From Pocillopora damicornis (lineage: Eukaryota), in the NCBI RefSeq assembly GCF_003704095.1, contig NW_020845300.1:1054001-1118000 (forward strand): 64,000 nt of DNA. The letters are read 5' to 3'. Shown here piece after piece: positions 49,723-60,608 of this stretch. Position 1 is the first letter of the stretch; each line of letters opens with the position of its first letter. Below the pieces are notes generated by a model. It saw nothing but the letters and a program-made list of their open reading frames with translations, was not told where the DNA came from and made no database searches. The position numbers and the translations under genes are program-made.

Positions 49723-52700
49723 NNNNNNNNNNNNNNNNNNNNNNNNNNNNNNNNNNNNNNNNNNNNNNNNNNNNNNNNNNNNNNNNNNNNNNNNNNNNNN
49801 NNNNNNNNNNNNNNNNNNNNNNGGTAGTAATACTCGTAGTAGCTTCATGGCACAGAAACCGGGATGAGCTCCAGCTTGATGGGTCACTGGGCTCGAGTGT
49901 AGTACCTTTTATTTACAAGTAACTCCGTCAGATTTCCTGAAAGTCTACCGGTTGTAAAAATGAAGTTTTCTGCCTATGAAGTCAACACAGTCCTTTTTGC
50001 CTGGCATATTTTCAACAAAAAGGGTAGCTTCGACTTTAGCCACATGGTTTCTCACTATAATATACCCGTTTCAGTAACACTACGCTTCGAGCCAATGGTA
50101 CAGAAGGTGGTTTATGCAAATCGAGATTAAAATTTATTGCTCGGTTTTGAATGCTTTGGCATAAAACCCTCATGCTTTGGCTAAAATATTAATACATAAG
50201 CTAGCATAATTGATATGTCTTGCGATTTTTCATGACAGGAACAGAGACAAGCCACAAGGGAGAATGTTGAACGAAAGCAAGCACGCACGTCCGATGAATT
50301 GGAGGTAAATGTTTGCGCTAAAAAATTAATTTTCCATTATATGCGAGTAAAATCTTGCCATTTGGGTTCTTCTTCTACAAAACTAAAATATAAATAAGAC
50401 CGTTCTTATTTGTGTTTTAACTTTATTAAGCCATCTTTATTAGTGAAATATTTGGCTATTTTCGGTCCGAGTTTCGTAAAAACCTAAACCGAAGTTGTCA
50501 CACCTTCACCAACAAGAAAAAGGAGAATCTCGCCAGGAGCCAATGAGAACTCGAAGAAAAAACAGGGAACTTATTGAAGCGCGAGAAAACGTGGGTGATT
50601 AAGTCACCAATGGTTTTCGTTTTACATCTGATCTGAAAGTCAGTCCAAATTAGTCATGACCATGGCCAGTATGGTCAAGGTTATCCTTGCATGTTCGAAC
50701 TAAAACGTGGATCACCAAGTCATGATTTGTTTGAATCTGATTTGTTGACAGGGCGTTTGTAGACCAATAACAGTGCACAGTGAAGTAAAACAAGCACAAC
50801 CCAGATTACATTCTGCTCAGTATAAAATTTCTTCGCAAATTTACAGCATCTTAAATGTTTTTCAACAGGAAGAAGAAGAGCATGAAGAGGGCCACGAGTC
50901 AGATTCTGATGATGAGGAAACCGTCCTTTATAATCCTAAAAATTTACCTCTTGGATGGGACGGAAAGGTACCTCCTTTGCCTCACATCTGGGTTGTGCAT
51001 GATGCTAAACTCTAGACTACTCTATGAACGTACTGACGGTGGTGTTTTCAATGTTTTTATTTTCTAGCCTATTCCATATTGGCTGTATAAGTTGCACGGG
51101 CTGAATATAAGCTACAGTTGTGAGATATGTGGCAACTTCACTTACAGGTTTGAGCAACGTGCAATATTTGAAAATCAGTGGACGTTGATTTTTGATTTTT
51201 GATTTTATGCGTAGAGGAGTTTTCCGCTGAACATTTTTCTTAATATACCATACAATGTGTCCTACCGAGTTCAAAGGGGTGAAATAGACGTTTTCCACGG
51301 CAAGAGTGCACAAGTTGTTCGAGTTAAAACAAAGTTTGTCGGCAGTTATCCCATGTTTACTATATTTTTATCATGTGTCACTTGCCAATATTGGAATAAG
51401 AATTTTTGTCTTTTGCTTAGTTAGAATTTAGGAATTTGTCATTGTAGATGTTCCATTTTTAAGGAAGCTAATGATAATATTTGTTCGTTGCAGGGGTCCA
51501 AAGGCGTTCCAGAGGCATTTCGCGGTATGATGAATCTCTTTTAGCGTTACTGCAAGCTTTATATTTGCACTAGAGCTCTATGACGGTCTTGCGGTATTTC
51601 TTATTTTTTTATGTAATGTCAACGTTCGCACCAAGTTAAGTCGTAAGAAAGGTTAAGGTGCATTTATCGTTAAAAACCAAAACCAAATGAATCACAACGG
51701 CCTATCAGAACACGATGGCAACGTCACGTCAAGCCAATGAGATTTCAAAGTGAAAATATGTAACCCGCGTGAAGCGCGCGACGGGAAAAGGCGAGTGATC
51801 AAATTACGATTGGTTTTACATGTTATTGTTATAGATTATGGCGCGAGTTTTCTCGACCAATTAGAGAGACGATGGGGAAAAATCATTACAATCCATGATT
51901 TATACTTTCGACACTAGTTTGAAAATTGAGCCCAGCTGGAAGACTCTATAGCGTTTTATAATTTTAAATTTGTCGTTTATTACATAGGAATGGCGTCACG
52001 CACACGGCATGAGATGTCTTGGAATCCCAAATACAGCGCATTTTGCCAACGTCACTTTGATAGAAGATGCTGTTGCATGTAATGATCGATTTCTTCCATC
52101 GTTTTTAATGATAATTAATAATTATTTGTAGGGTGCTCATGAACGCTTGTTGCGATGAGTCCATCGCAGTTTACATCGTTTAAACCGTGTGTTTGTGAGT
52201 GGTGCTCGTGAGTGAGTGGGGAATAGGGGAACATTTATACAGGAATGCAAAAATGCTAGCGAGACATTGAGGCATAGAGTGTGAGCGTCCGCATCCAGCA
52301 GAGTGTATTTTGTTATCTGTACACTCAACCGTAGTACAGTAAAACGTACCAGACCTTTAATTTTGTGGGCTTTAGTAATGGTGAAACATAAACTGCATGG
52401 GACTTACTGTCGGAAGCTCTAAGGCGCAGCTCTCTAGCTTGTCAGCTTGGAGATAAGAATCACTATGAAAGACACATACTCTTCTTACTTATACCACAGA
52501 TGCCTGGGTTTTTTATTAACACTAAGCTGTAGTTGTCCAAAAGTGCCTCATGTTCTTCCCTTATTTTTGCTGTAAACGCAACTTGTTTCTTTTTCATTAC
52601 CGTTTTTTATTTTTTATTTTTTTTATTTTTTATCACAGTATGGCATAAGTTGAAGGCTGTGAAGGCCAAAGAACGTTGGCTTCCTGATCAAGAGGTAAAT

Positions 52701-53396
52701 TCGTCCAAAGTTTCGAGTTTTGCTGACTTTCCTGTCTGTCCGTTGTTTAGTTACGGAAACTCCTTTCTTGGTAGATGCAACCACTGTTTTGATTCAGTGA
52801 AATTGGTATTGATAACATGCCCACATATGGTCTTTTTTGGTTGTGGTATTTTTATTTCTAAGACACACACAGTGGCAAAGGAACACTGAAGCGTCATACG
52901 ACGACCCCTTATGCTAACTGGTGTTTAGGCGTGTATTTCATGACCGATTCCGCCGGGTGATCTGTGTGATTATTGAACTTGAGAAGTTATTTATTCGTGC
53001 GATAAGACATTGGACAGAAAAGAAATTTTCACCTTATTTCTCTTGAGAAGTTTTTCGAAAGCCTCCACTAAATTCACCTAGTCTTCGTGGTTCCCATTCG
53101 AACATTTTAATTGTGGTGAGTGTTTAATCTTATGGCAGAGTGAAGTAACTTTTGATAATTTGAAGATGATCGAGTGATGACTTGGTCTGCTTTCCACCTT
53201 TCCTTTGAGATGTTATGAAACGCTTAGCCCGTGACATCTCAAAGAGCAACAGCGAAGGGGACTGGTGATAACGAGCGATTGCAAGGTCTTAATCACCTTA
53301 CTTTGATTCTGTTTGTAGGAAGAATACGAAGATTCTCTTGGAAATGTTGTAAACAAACGGACGTTTGAAGATCTGAGTCGTCAAGGATTGTTGTGA
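44383..53396 (+). CDS. SF3A3: Splicing factor 3A subunit 3 (SF3a60/PRP9); internal exon(s) lost in an assembly gap
   Basis: Exons 44383-44478, 44888-44935, 45793-45845, 45957-46062, 46483-46555, 46737-46828, 46979-47061, 48018-48090, 48466-48531, 48797-48865, 49349-49416, [gap], 50239-50304, 50869-50967, 51068-51147, 51494-51524, 51988-52078, 52639-52694, 53319-53396. Motifs [103 protein letters not shown]. Confidence 0.96.
47204..47407. mobile_element. piggyBac-like MITE (subfamily B)
   Basis: ttaa flanks; the body matches 10169-10372. Confidence 0.7.
49676..49822. repeat. (ATT)n microsatellite running into an assembly gap (N 49723-49822)
   Basis: Directly visible. Confidence 0.95.
50505..50830. 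repeat. Dispersed CCAAT-rich interspersed repeat
   Basis: The units agccaatgagaactc / gcgcgagttt / ccaatca recur at ~9866-9920, ~23430-23605, ~51670-51930, ~54700-54890, ~54935-55167 and ~56045-56290. Confidence 0.6.
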
Positions 53397-53701
53397 AGAT
53401 GTCACATTCCTCGTTTATTTCTCCTATTCTCAAAATTTGTATTTTTTAACGTAACGAAGCAGTGTCATTCTCTTAGTTGTTTGGTGTGCATAGCGATAAA
53501 CACTTTTATTTCATGGAAATTCATCTTATGTGTCAAGTAACTTACAAATTACGACTGTGAAATGTAACACTTTTGCGTGGTCTAAAGCAAGATAAAAAAA
53601 GCTTCAATTATTACATGTAAGTGGTGATTACACAAACTGTGTCTGGAACAACACTCAAAAGACCTTTTAATTCAGTGTTACAAAGTAAAAAGCAAATGCT
53701 T

Positions 53702-56700
53702 TTAATCTTGCGCCGAATTCGAGATCTTCTTGGATTCACTTGTTTTGATAATGACATAGTCTTGGTGGAAAACTCCCCTCACTCCGTCACACGTGCCCTA
53801 CGAAGAAATTAAGATATTTTGTGTAAAAGAATTATTGATGGTGCTGTTAAAGAAGGGTTTTGCGCGCCCTAGTTATGCGAAATTTTGGATGACATTCCTC
53901 GAGTCACCGACATTCTGGTCTTCTTTCTTTCAAAATGAAATTCCATGCCTTCTGGACACGAACACGCGTTTACAACTACTCTTTCTTGATGTTAATGAAG
54001 CTGGAAAAAAAAATAGGTCAGCGAGAGAAAAAATTGTCATACAAAACTTTGCAATTCTCTACCGCTTGCTTGCTTCTTTCCTTAGTGGGCGATGAAAAAA
54101 GAAAGACGAGAATAGGCATTGATCGCGTGTGATAGGATGCCAGTATCAAAATGTAACTTTGGGAAGGTAATTTAAGCTTCTGACTTGCTTGGACCGACGG
54201 ATTCTTTCCTTTATCAATGTGCCTCCAGATTTCTGACATTGGCTGAATCAGCTTATGCTGATCTGACATGGAACGTTTGGTGCAGTGTGGGAAAGTGCAA
54301 AGTGCACTTGATAACATTTCAGTTTGTCCAATTTTTACCTCGTACCACCCCTCCTTGTCGTCGACTCTAACAATATCTTGCACGATCTGTCCCTTTGCTA
54401 AACAAAGCTCGTTGTCATTGGTTGGTTCATAAGATGTATGTATGTAGCCATGAGAATTCCGTCGCCAGAATCTTTCGACAGTGATCCCTGAAAAACAAGG
54501 AAATAATTATGACGAGTGGGAATTTGTTTGCTAAACTGCAGAGAGTAAAGCTTTGAGACTGGGCCTCTAAGATGCCCTGTGACACAAGTTATTTCCAGAT
54601 CACTGTGGGTTACGAGATGTTCGAGTGAGCCTGAAATAACAGATCCCTTGTCACTAATTTTAGTCCCGTAGATACTGTGAGCTCTAGAGAGCCTACAACA
54701 AAGTAATAACAACGGCCAATCAGAAGACAGGAAAAATACTTCAAAGAGGCAATAAGAACTAGACACTGAAGACAAAAAGTATTGCATCTGATTGGTTGAG
54801 AGAGTGGCGCGAGTTTCCTTGAACAATCAGAGCGAAGTGGAACAAAACCAATGAAATCTTGGATTACTTTGGACACAATTGAAAATTTCTCTTAAAGCTT
54901 GAAGATAACGCCTTAGGAATACTACCTAGATATCTCATTTCAATTGCGAGTCGTGGAACCAAACTAAAAGTAATCATAACCAATTAGAAGAAAGAAAATT
55001 AGCATAAGGAGCCGATGGAAACCCGAAGAAGAATTCAGGAAACTGCCTCGAGCGCGGGATAGGAAAGGTGAGAGATTATCTCAAATTTTTAAGGCCAATC
55101 GTTCAAAGAAGTGAAGCAAACTCAATGCAATTTCGGATTACTTTGGACACCCGATTGAAAATTGCTTTATGAGGATGTCAGTCCCTTGTCTTTTAGAGGA
55201 GTATGCGTCTATTGCAATACTTACAAAGTGTTTTGAACGTTTGACTCACGCGCCCTACACTTCCAGTCCCGGCAATGAAACAACTCCATATTATCAGCAG
55301 CCAGCCAATCAGAAGGGTGAAACCCATCACCCCCAAACCCTGATTGGTCAGTTAAGAAACCAGTTCTACTCAGTGAAGAGGAGATGATAAGATTACTTCA
55401 TCTCGTCTCGGAGGCAGGCATTAACAATTAATTTCTGTGAAAATTGATCTTGGAGTCAATTTGATTCTAGGTAACGATTAATTCTCTGAAATAATCAGGC
55501 CCTTAAATTTGACAAATTGTATCGACTAACTCACAGATTAAGTGAAAGTGAATCGGGCCTTCGCTGTATCGAACTAATGTTATGTTAGATTTTGAGTATT
55601 TCCTCTCCATCTGGATGATTTTTACAATAATGTCGTGAGAAATTCCGTCGAAATGAAGTGTTTTAAGGTGAAGGATACAGCTTGCATGAGGGCTCTTTGA
55701 TAAGCCCTCTTTGATTTCTCGATCTTTACATTACACCAGTCGTAGATATACCGCAAGTCTTTCTTTGGCACATTGTTAGTCTTTGTCTTCCAGCCTTCGT
55801 TGCAAACACAAACCGAACCAACGCGCCGGCCGTGATGACAGTTGAGTGGCACCTGTCAATCAAACAAACACTGTCATTTTGATAGATTGTCTCGTGCCTT
55901 GAAGTTAAGTTTGGAGGATAAATCGGAAACAGAATACTCAGTAGAGTGTCTTGGAAACACATGGGTTGAAGGCTTCAAGATCAGACTACGCCCTGTTGTC
56001 GGTGAGGGCCATATCCAGTCATTATCTCCTTGATAGAGTAATTTTCGATTGCGGGTCAGACTGCATTGGTTTCTTTTTTTAATACGCTATGTGATTGGTC
56101 CAAAAATTTTGCGCTAGCCTCTCAACCAATCGCGAGTCGGTTATCCGTGTCATCCCGCCATCCTCTTAAGAAATCATGCATGCATAAACCAAACCGATCA
56201 TCAGGACTTGCTTCTCTGCGTTTTTCTGCACTCGAGGTTGTTGACATTGTTTCGTTGACCGTTTTTCTTTAACAACCGCTCTGATTACTTTGTGAGATAA
56301 AGGGGTTCAAATATACCGGACATTCTGAGAAAATTAAAATTTTCAGCTCACCGGGTTTATTTCTTTGATATCCTCTAAGGTAAACTTCAATTTCGCCAGT
56401 TTGCTTCTCTCCATGTTGTCATAGATCTGCTTTTTCTGCTTTTTGGTCAGCGTAGGGCTTACCAGACTTTTGCAGTCATTATAGTCTTTGTCAAATGCCT
56501 GTTGCAACGTAAAACAATATCAAGCAAATTATGCCACGCTTTCTTTTAAGTCGCCCTTAAATCCTCCCCAAAATGCGTTGAACAACCCGGGCGAGTGGTC
56601 GTGGGCTTGACGCGATGGAAAAGTTTCCCAATGCTTTCTAGTTTTAGTTTTAGTTTTTCGCACGATTTAAGGACTGCGCCTTTCCTCTGCAATACTGCAT

Positions 56701-59629
56701 AAATGACGCACTTACAATTTCAGGTAGCTCTCCTTCCTTGCCCTTTGTGTAGCACTCGTGAATAACTTCACACTTTCCTGTCGAGTTTTTGAAGAAATTT
56801 CTCCATCCATTGTACTTCTCAACGCAGTCCACAGGCTCACAATTTTTCCTGGGGTCCTGGTAACAAAAATCATCACGATGTTAGGAATTATCCTCTAAAT
56901 CAGCAGGTTTCAGACGGTCTTATTCCTATTAAGGTGACTAGATTCTGCTAAATCCTCCCTCTTCTCATTGCGTACTCAAAAAGCATCAAGAAAAAGTCCA
57001 TCATTAGAACTGTACGGTCATTCCGGTGGATTTAATAGTACCGGAGGAAGAGAAATTGAGAAGACCTGTTCATTTAATTTCCGCTTTTTGAACTTTTTCG
57101 ACGGTCATCGACAAGGACGGCTGAAAAAGGACGGTAGAAAAATTCAAAAGAGCTTGAAAGCAAGTAATGAAGAAACATAACAAAAGAAGAGTCCAACAAA
57201 GGGAATACTTTATCGAAATGTACTAATCACGTGTGTCGTAAAACACATTAATACATTTTTAGTAAATGGGAGTTATTTTCATCTTTTTCGTTAGACCTAC
57301 ATTAACCTTTGAAGAAAGATAAGTGAGACCATACGTAGATTTTTCGATTCGTATTTTCAGTGGACGCGCTTCTAAACTATATATTTCACAACTAGAAAAA
57401 TCTGGACATCCTTGTAAACTAACCCTATCAACTCCTCGGCATTTTCTGAAACTGTCACCTCCAAACCCGATAACTGTAAAGAAAAAAAGCACTCTCTTTC
57501 ACTTATCTGATACTTCTTATTTACTTCCCTCTTTGCCTGAAACACAAGGTTTCCGAGTCTGAAAACACTATACAGCTAGAGTGTTGCTATTTTAGGTGAA
57601 CTATTTTTCAATTAATTGAATGTTATTTATTCGTTCTGCTGTGATGGTTCAGTGACTGGTTGGGAACTGTAACTTATTTTGTAACATATTTGAGGACCTG
57701 TAACTCATTTTATTTACTAACCAACTTACTGATGGGTAAAGGGCAAATGTGGAATAGTGTTAACCAATGACTACAAATTGATGCTGATATCCAAATTTTT
57801 GAGAAATCTATGACCCTGAGTTTAACACAGGAACTTCAGGAAAATGTCAACATAAAGTTTTGCCTTGGAGACCTAAACTCAAACAAGAGCTCTATCCAAC
57901 ATGATTCTAGGTAACAAATAATTCAAATTCTGTTTCACTCTAACCATATGAATAAATCAGGAAGAGATTTACCATCTAACCAAGATTTTTTCTTTGGTTC
58001 TGTGGTATTAAATCTGACTCTGTGTCGAAGCTGTTTCTCCCCAGCCATGAAGGTAAAGTCACAATTTCCAATTCTGTCCATTGGGTACTGTTGTGAGACA
58101 GGGCAAAGAGTATTCATCACATTGTACAGGGCAGTTTCTTCAGATATTTCAGTAGAGCTTATTGTTACCTTCCCATCTCCAGTGACTTTATTATCAAGCA
58201 TTGCTTCTAAAGGCACTTAAAATACTGAACAAGGCTTAAAAGAGCTAATTTTCTCTGATTGGGAGGTCGATTCCAAGCCAATAACTTACATCAAAACAAC
58301 AAAATTCAAGTCAACCTAGGGCAGACTCTCAACCAATAAACATATCAAAAAATTGAGTGAAGTCTTGCCTGACCCTTTAATTCCCAAGATCTCATTAGCG
58401 ATTCTCTTTGCTATCTGTCACATAATTCTTATGATGTTAGTTCTGAGAATTTGGTATTGGATCAACTAATAATCTTCTAGTATATATGTTTCTTTATCCT
58501 CATCACTTGCCTGCTTAATATTGTATTGGTATAGTAAGGAGAAATTCTGTCTTGGTCACTTGTGGGAGTTAAAGGGTTCATGGATGATTTTGTGTTTGTG
58601 TGGTGCTTTGTGTCCCTTATCACCAAGTCACACAACACCTGATTGATGTACCTCTACATTAAATTATTTGTAAAATCGACTTTTGATCCTTCTGTGTGAA
58701 TAAGAAAAAACAGGTAAACAAGTAAACATTCATCAGTGAGGAACTTACTTTGTTTGGAAATACATACGAGATATTTTCGCGTTTCAGTGATGGAAGCTGT
58801 ATTTCATTGCCACCTATAAGCTCCATGGACTGATAAAAAAAATAAATGAAAAATAGTTAACAGATATTTGAAGTTGTATCCTATCACTCATCAAAGAAAC
58901 GGTTTTCTCAGAGGTTTTATAAAAATATTCCAACCTTACAATCTAGGTCGTTTTTGTCAACTTGCCAACAACATCTCGGTTTTTTCGGGGTTATTGTGAG
59001 AGTTTTCTTCGCATCGTTGGCAAGTGTTATGTCTGAAGAGAAATAAGATACATCGTGACAAAAACACATCACATGATCGCGATAAATCTTCTCTCATTTC
59101 AAATGGATTGCAAACGAAACAGAGTCACTCGACGTTTTGTGTAAGTAAGGCCATGATCAGTTTTGTAGCTACTTACAGAATTGGATTCCAAAACTTTTAG
59201 GATTTACTGGAAAGACACCCGAACGCTGAAAAAAAAATTACTATAATAAGAAACATTTTTCGGTGGGGAAATTAACCGTATTACTGGTACGGAATAATTC
59301 AAGCAACTGGCGATGGTTAATCATCAGGGATCATGTCAATAAAGGATCATGTCAATAAATGAAGACCCAAACCGCAAAATTCACGATTTGCAGAAATCGG
59401 GAGTTCACTTCTTTCCAAAACGATGAAATAATCTCATTCTTTCACCAGCTGAAGTTTTCCGATTAAAGATAGGCCTCTGAATCAAAAGCATATATAGCTT
59501 AGCCTGTGTTAATTCTTAGCGGCTGTTTGAACAATAATGAACTTACACGTTACCGCTTACCTCTACATGAATTTTACCTAGTATTTGTGAAAGAAAGCAG
59601 AGCCAAAATATTCGAAACACAGTTTTCAT
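53702..59629 (-). CDS. Uncharacterised type I membrane protein, ~427 aa: signal peptide, Cys-rich and EGF-like ectodomain, TM helix, cytoplasmic SH3 domain; 12 exons
   Basis: Exons 59629-59561, 59225-59177, 59032-58935, 58829-58749, 58087-57973, 57473-57424 (alternative donor at 57307), 56856-56716, 56498-56352, 55852-55679, 55339-55225, 54487-54339, 53797-53702 join into 1284 nt with no internal stop. Signal MKTVFRIFWLCFLSQILG; EGF-like CHHG...CVCNEGW...C; TM GLGVMGFTLLIGWLLIIWSCFIAG; SH3 HTSYEPTNDNELCLAKGQIV...EGWYEGTCDGVRGVFHQDYV. The 5' exons are less certain. Confidence 0.75.
55340..55678 (-). other. U12-type GT-AG intron in the EGF-TM-SH3 gene
   Basis: Minus-strand donor GTATCCTTC; branch TTCTTAAC (55358-55351) about 12 nt before the CAG; phase-0 join MQA|GLGV. 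Confidence 0.82.
58373..58576. mobile_element. piggyBac-like MITE (TTAA family)
   Basis: TIR ccctttaattccca/tgggagttaaaggg; the body matches 937-1135. Confidence 0.75.
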
Positions 59630-60608
59630 CTCTCTAACGTTCTGAGCATTGAAGAAGAAACGTAAGCTGTGAAAATGAAAAGTTTGCGAGGTTTTTTCCT
59701 TCTCGTTTAACACTCTGTACTTCACGCGCCATTCTCGTCCCCAGAGCCAATCGTTTCTCTTAGTTGGGGTAGGCTCTGAGTACGAGGGATGCATGGATTA
59801 CGTCTTTGCAAAATAACTCAGGTTTACCTTCCTCTTCCCTCACTTTCCTTTCCCCACCCCCAAAATGATTGTATTCATATCGCTGTTTGAACAAGCGAAA
59901 TGTTCTCAGCTCTCCGCTTCCCCCCAAATGCCCCAGAGCTCTCTTGGCTCCAATTATCGTGGCACATTTGAATTGTAATAGATAATGAAAGGCAATGGGG
60001 GCTTCAGATTCATGTTGGACATTTTGAAGAGTCTAGATAGTAAGGTCAAATCCTAAAATTGATTATTTAATCTGCTTACTTTGCAGCACTTTTGTAATGT
60101 GGCTAGCTTTATGGCCTGAATTCCAACTGAGGTCAACCTCTTAATTAAGAGCACAGGGTTGGGTAAAGAGATTACTGACTCTGGGTCTTTTAGGGGGCTA
60201 AGAACCATTTTCAGGCTCAAATAACCAGACGGATACCTTTATTATAATCATCCTTGTTGGGGGTTGGGGAGGAGGGGAAGGAAAAAAAATAAATTAAAGG
60301 AAGGAGAATGAAAAGCAACAAAGTTGACAAAGACATGACAGAGATGGTTTTTTTATCATTATGGGGCTGGTTCCATCATTGACTACTTCTGTAACCAATC
60401 ATAAAAATCATGCAAGGCAAACAATTAAAAAGGAAAAATTGGCAAAAAAAAGTGTGTTATTTATTGAATAAAAAAGTTTATGTCATACCAAATATCAAAG
60501 ACATGTGGCACTGACATGGAAAAGTTTTTCATGATGAGAAAAAAGCTGCAGACTTGCAATTTATTGAATTCGTTTTCAGTTCTGTTTATTTTCTAAATAC
60601 CTAAATTG

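Noticed and set aside
54398-54876. 142-aa and 88-aa minus-strand ORFs as receptor tail exons
   Set aside because: They overlap a dispersed repeat. The direct splice 55225/54487 gives a clear SH3 in a different frame.
57935-58216. 93-aa standalone ORF, and a possible in-frame TGA (selenocysteine) in exon 58829-58749
   Set aside because: Using the acceptor at 58087 and the phase-0 donor at 58935 gives a stop-free frame, so only 58087-57973 is coding. No SECIS was found in the 3' UTR.
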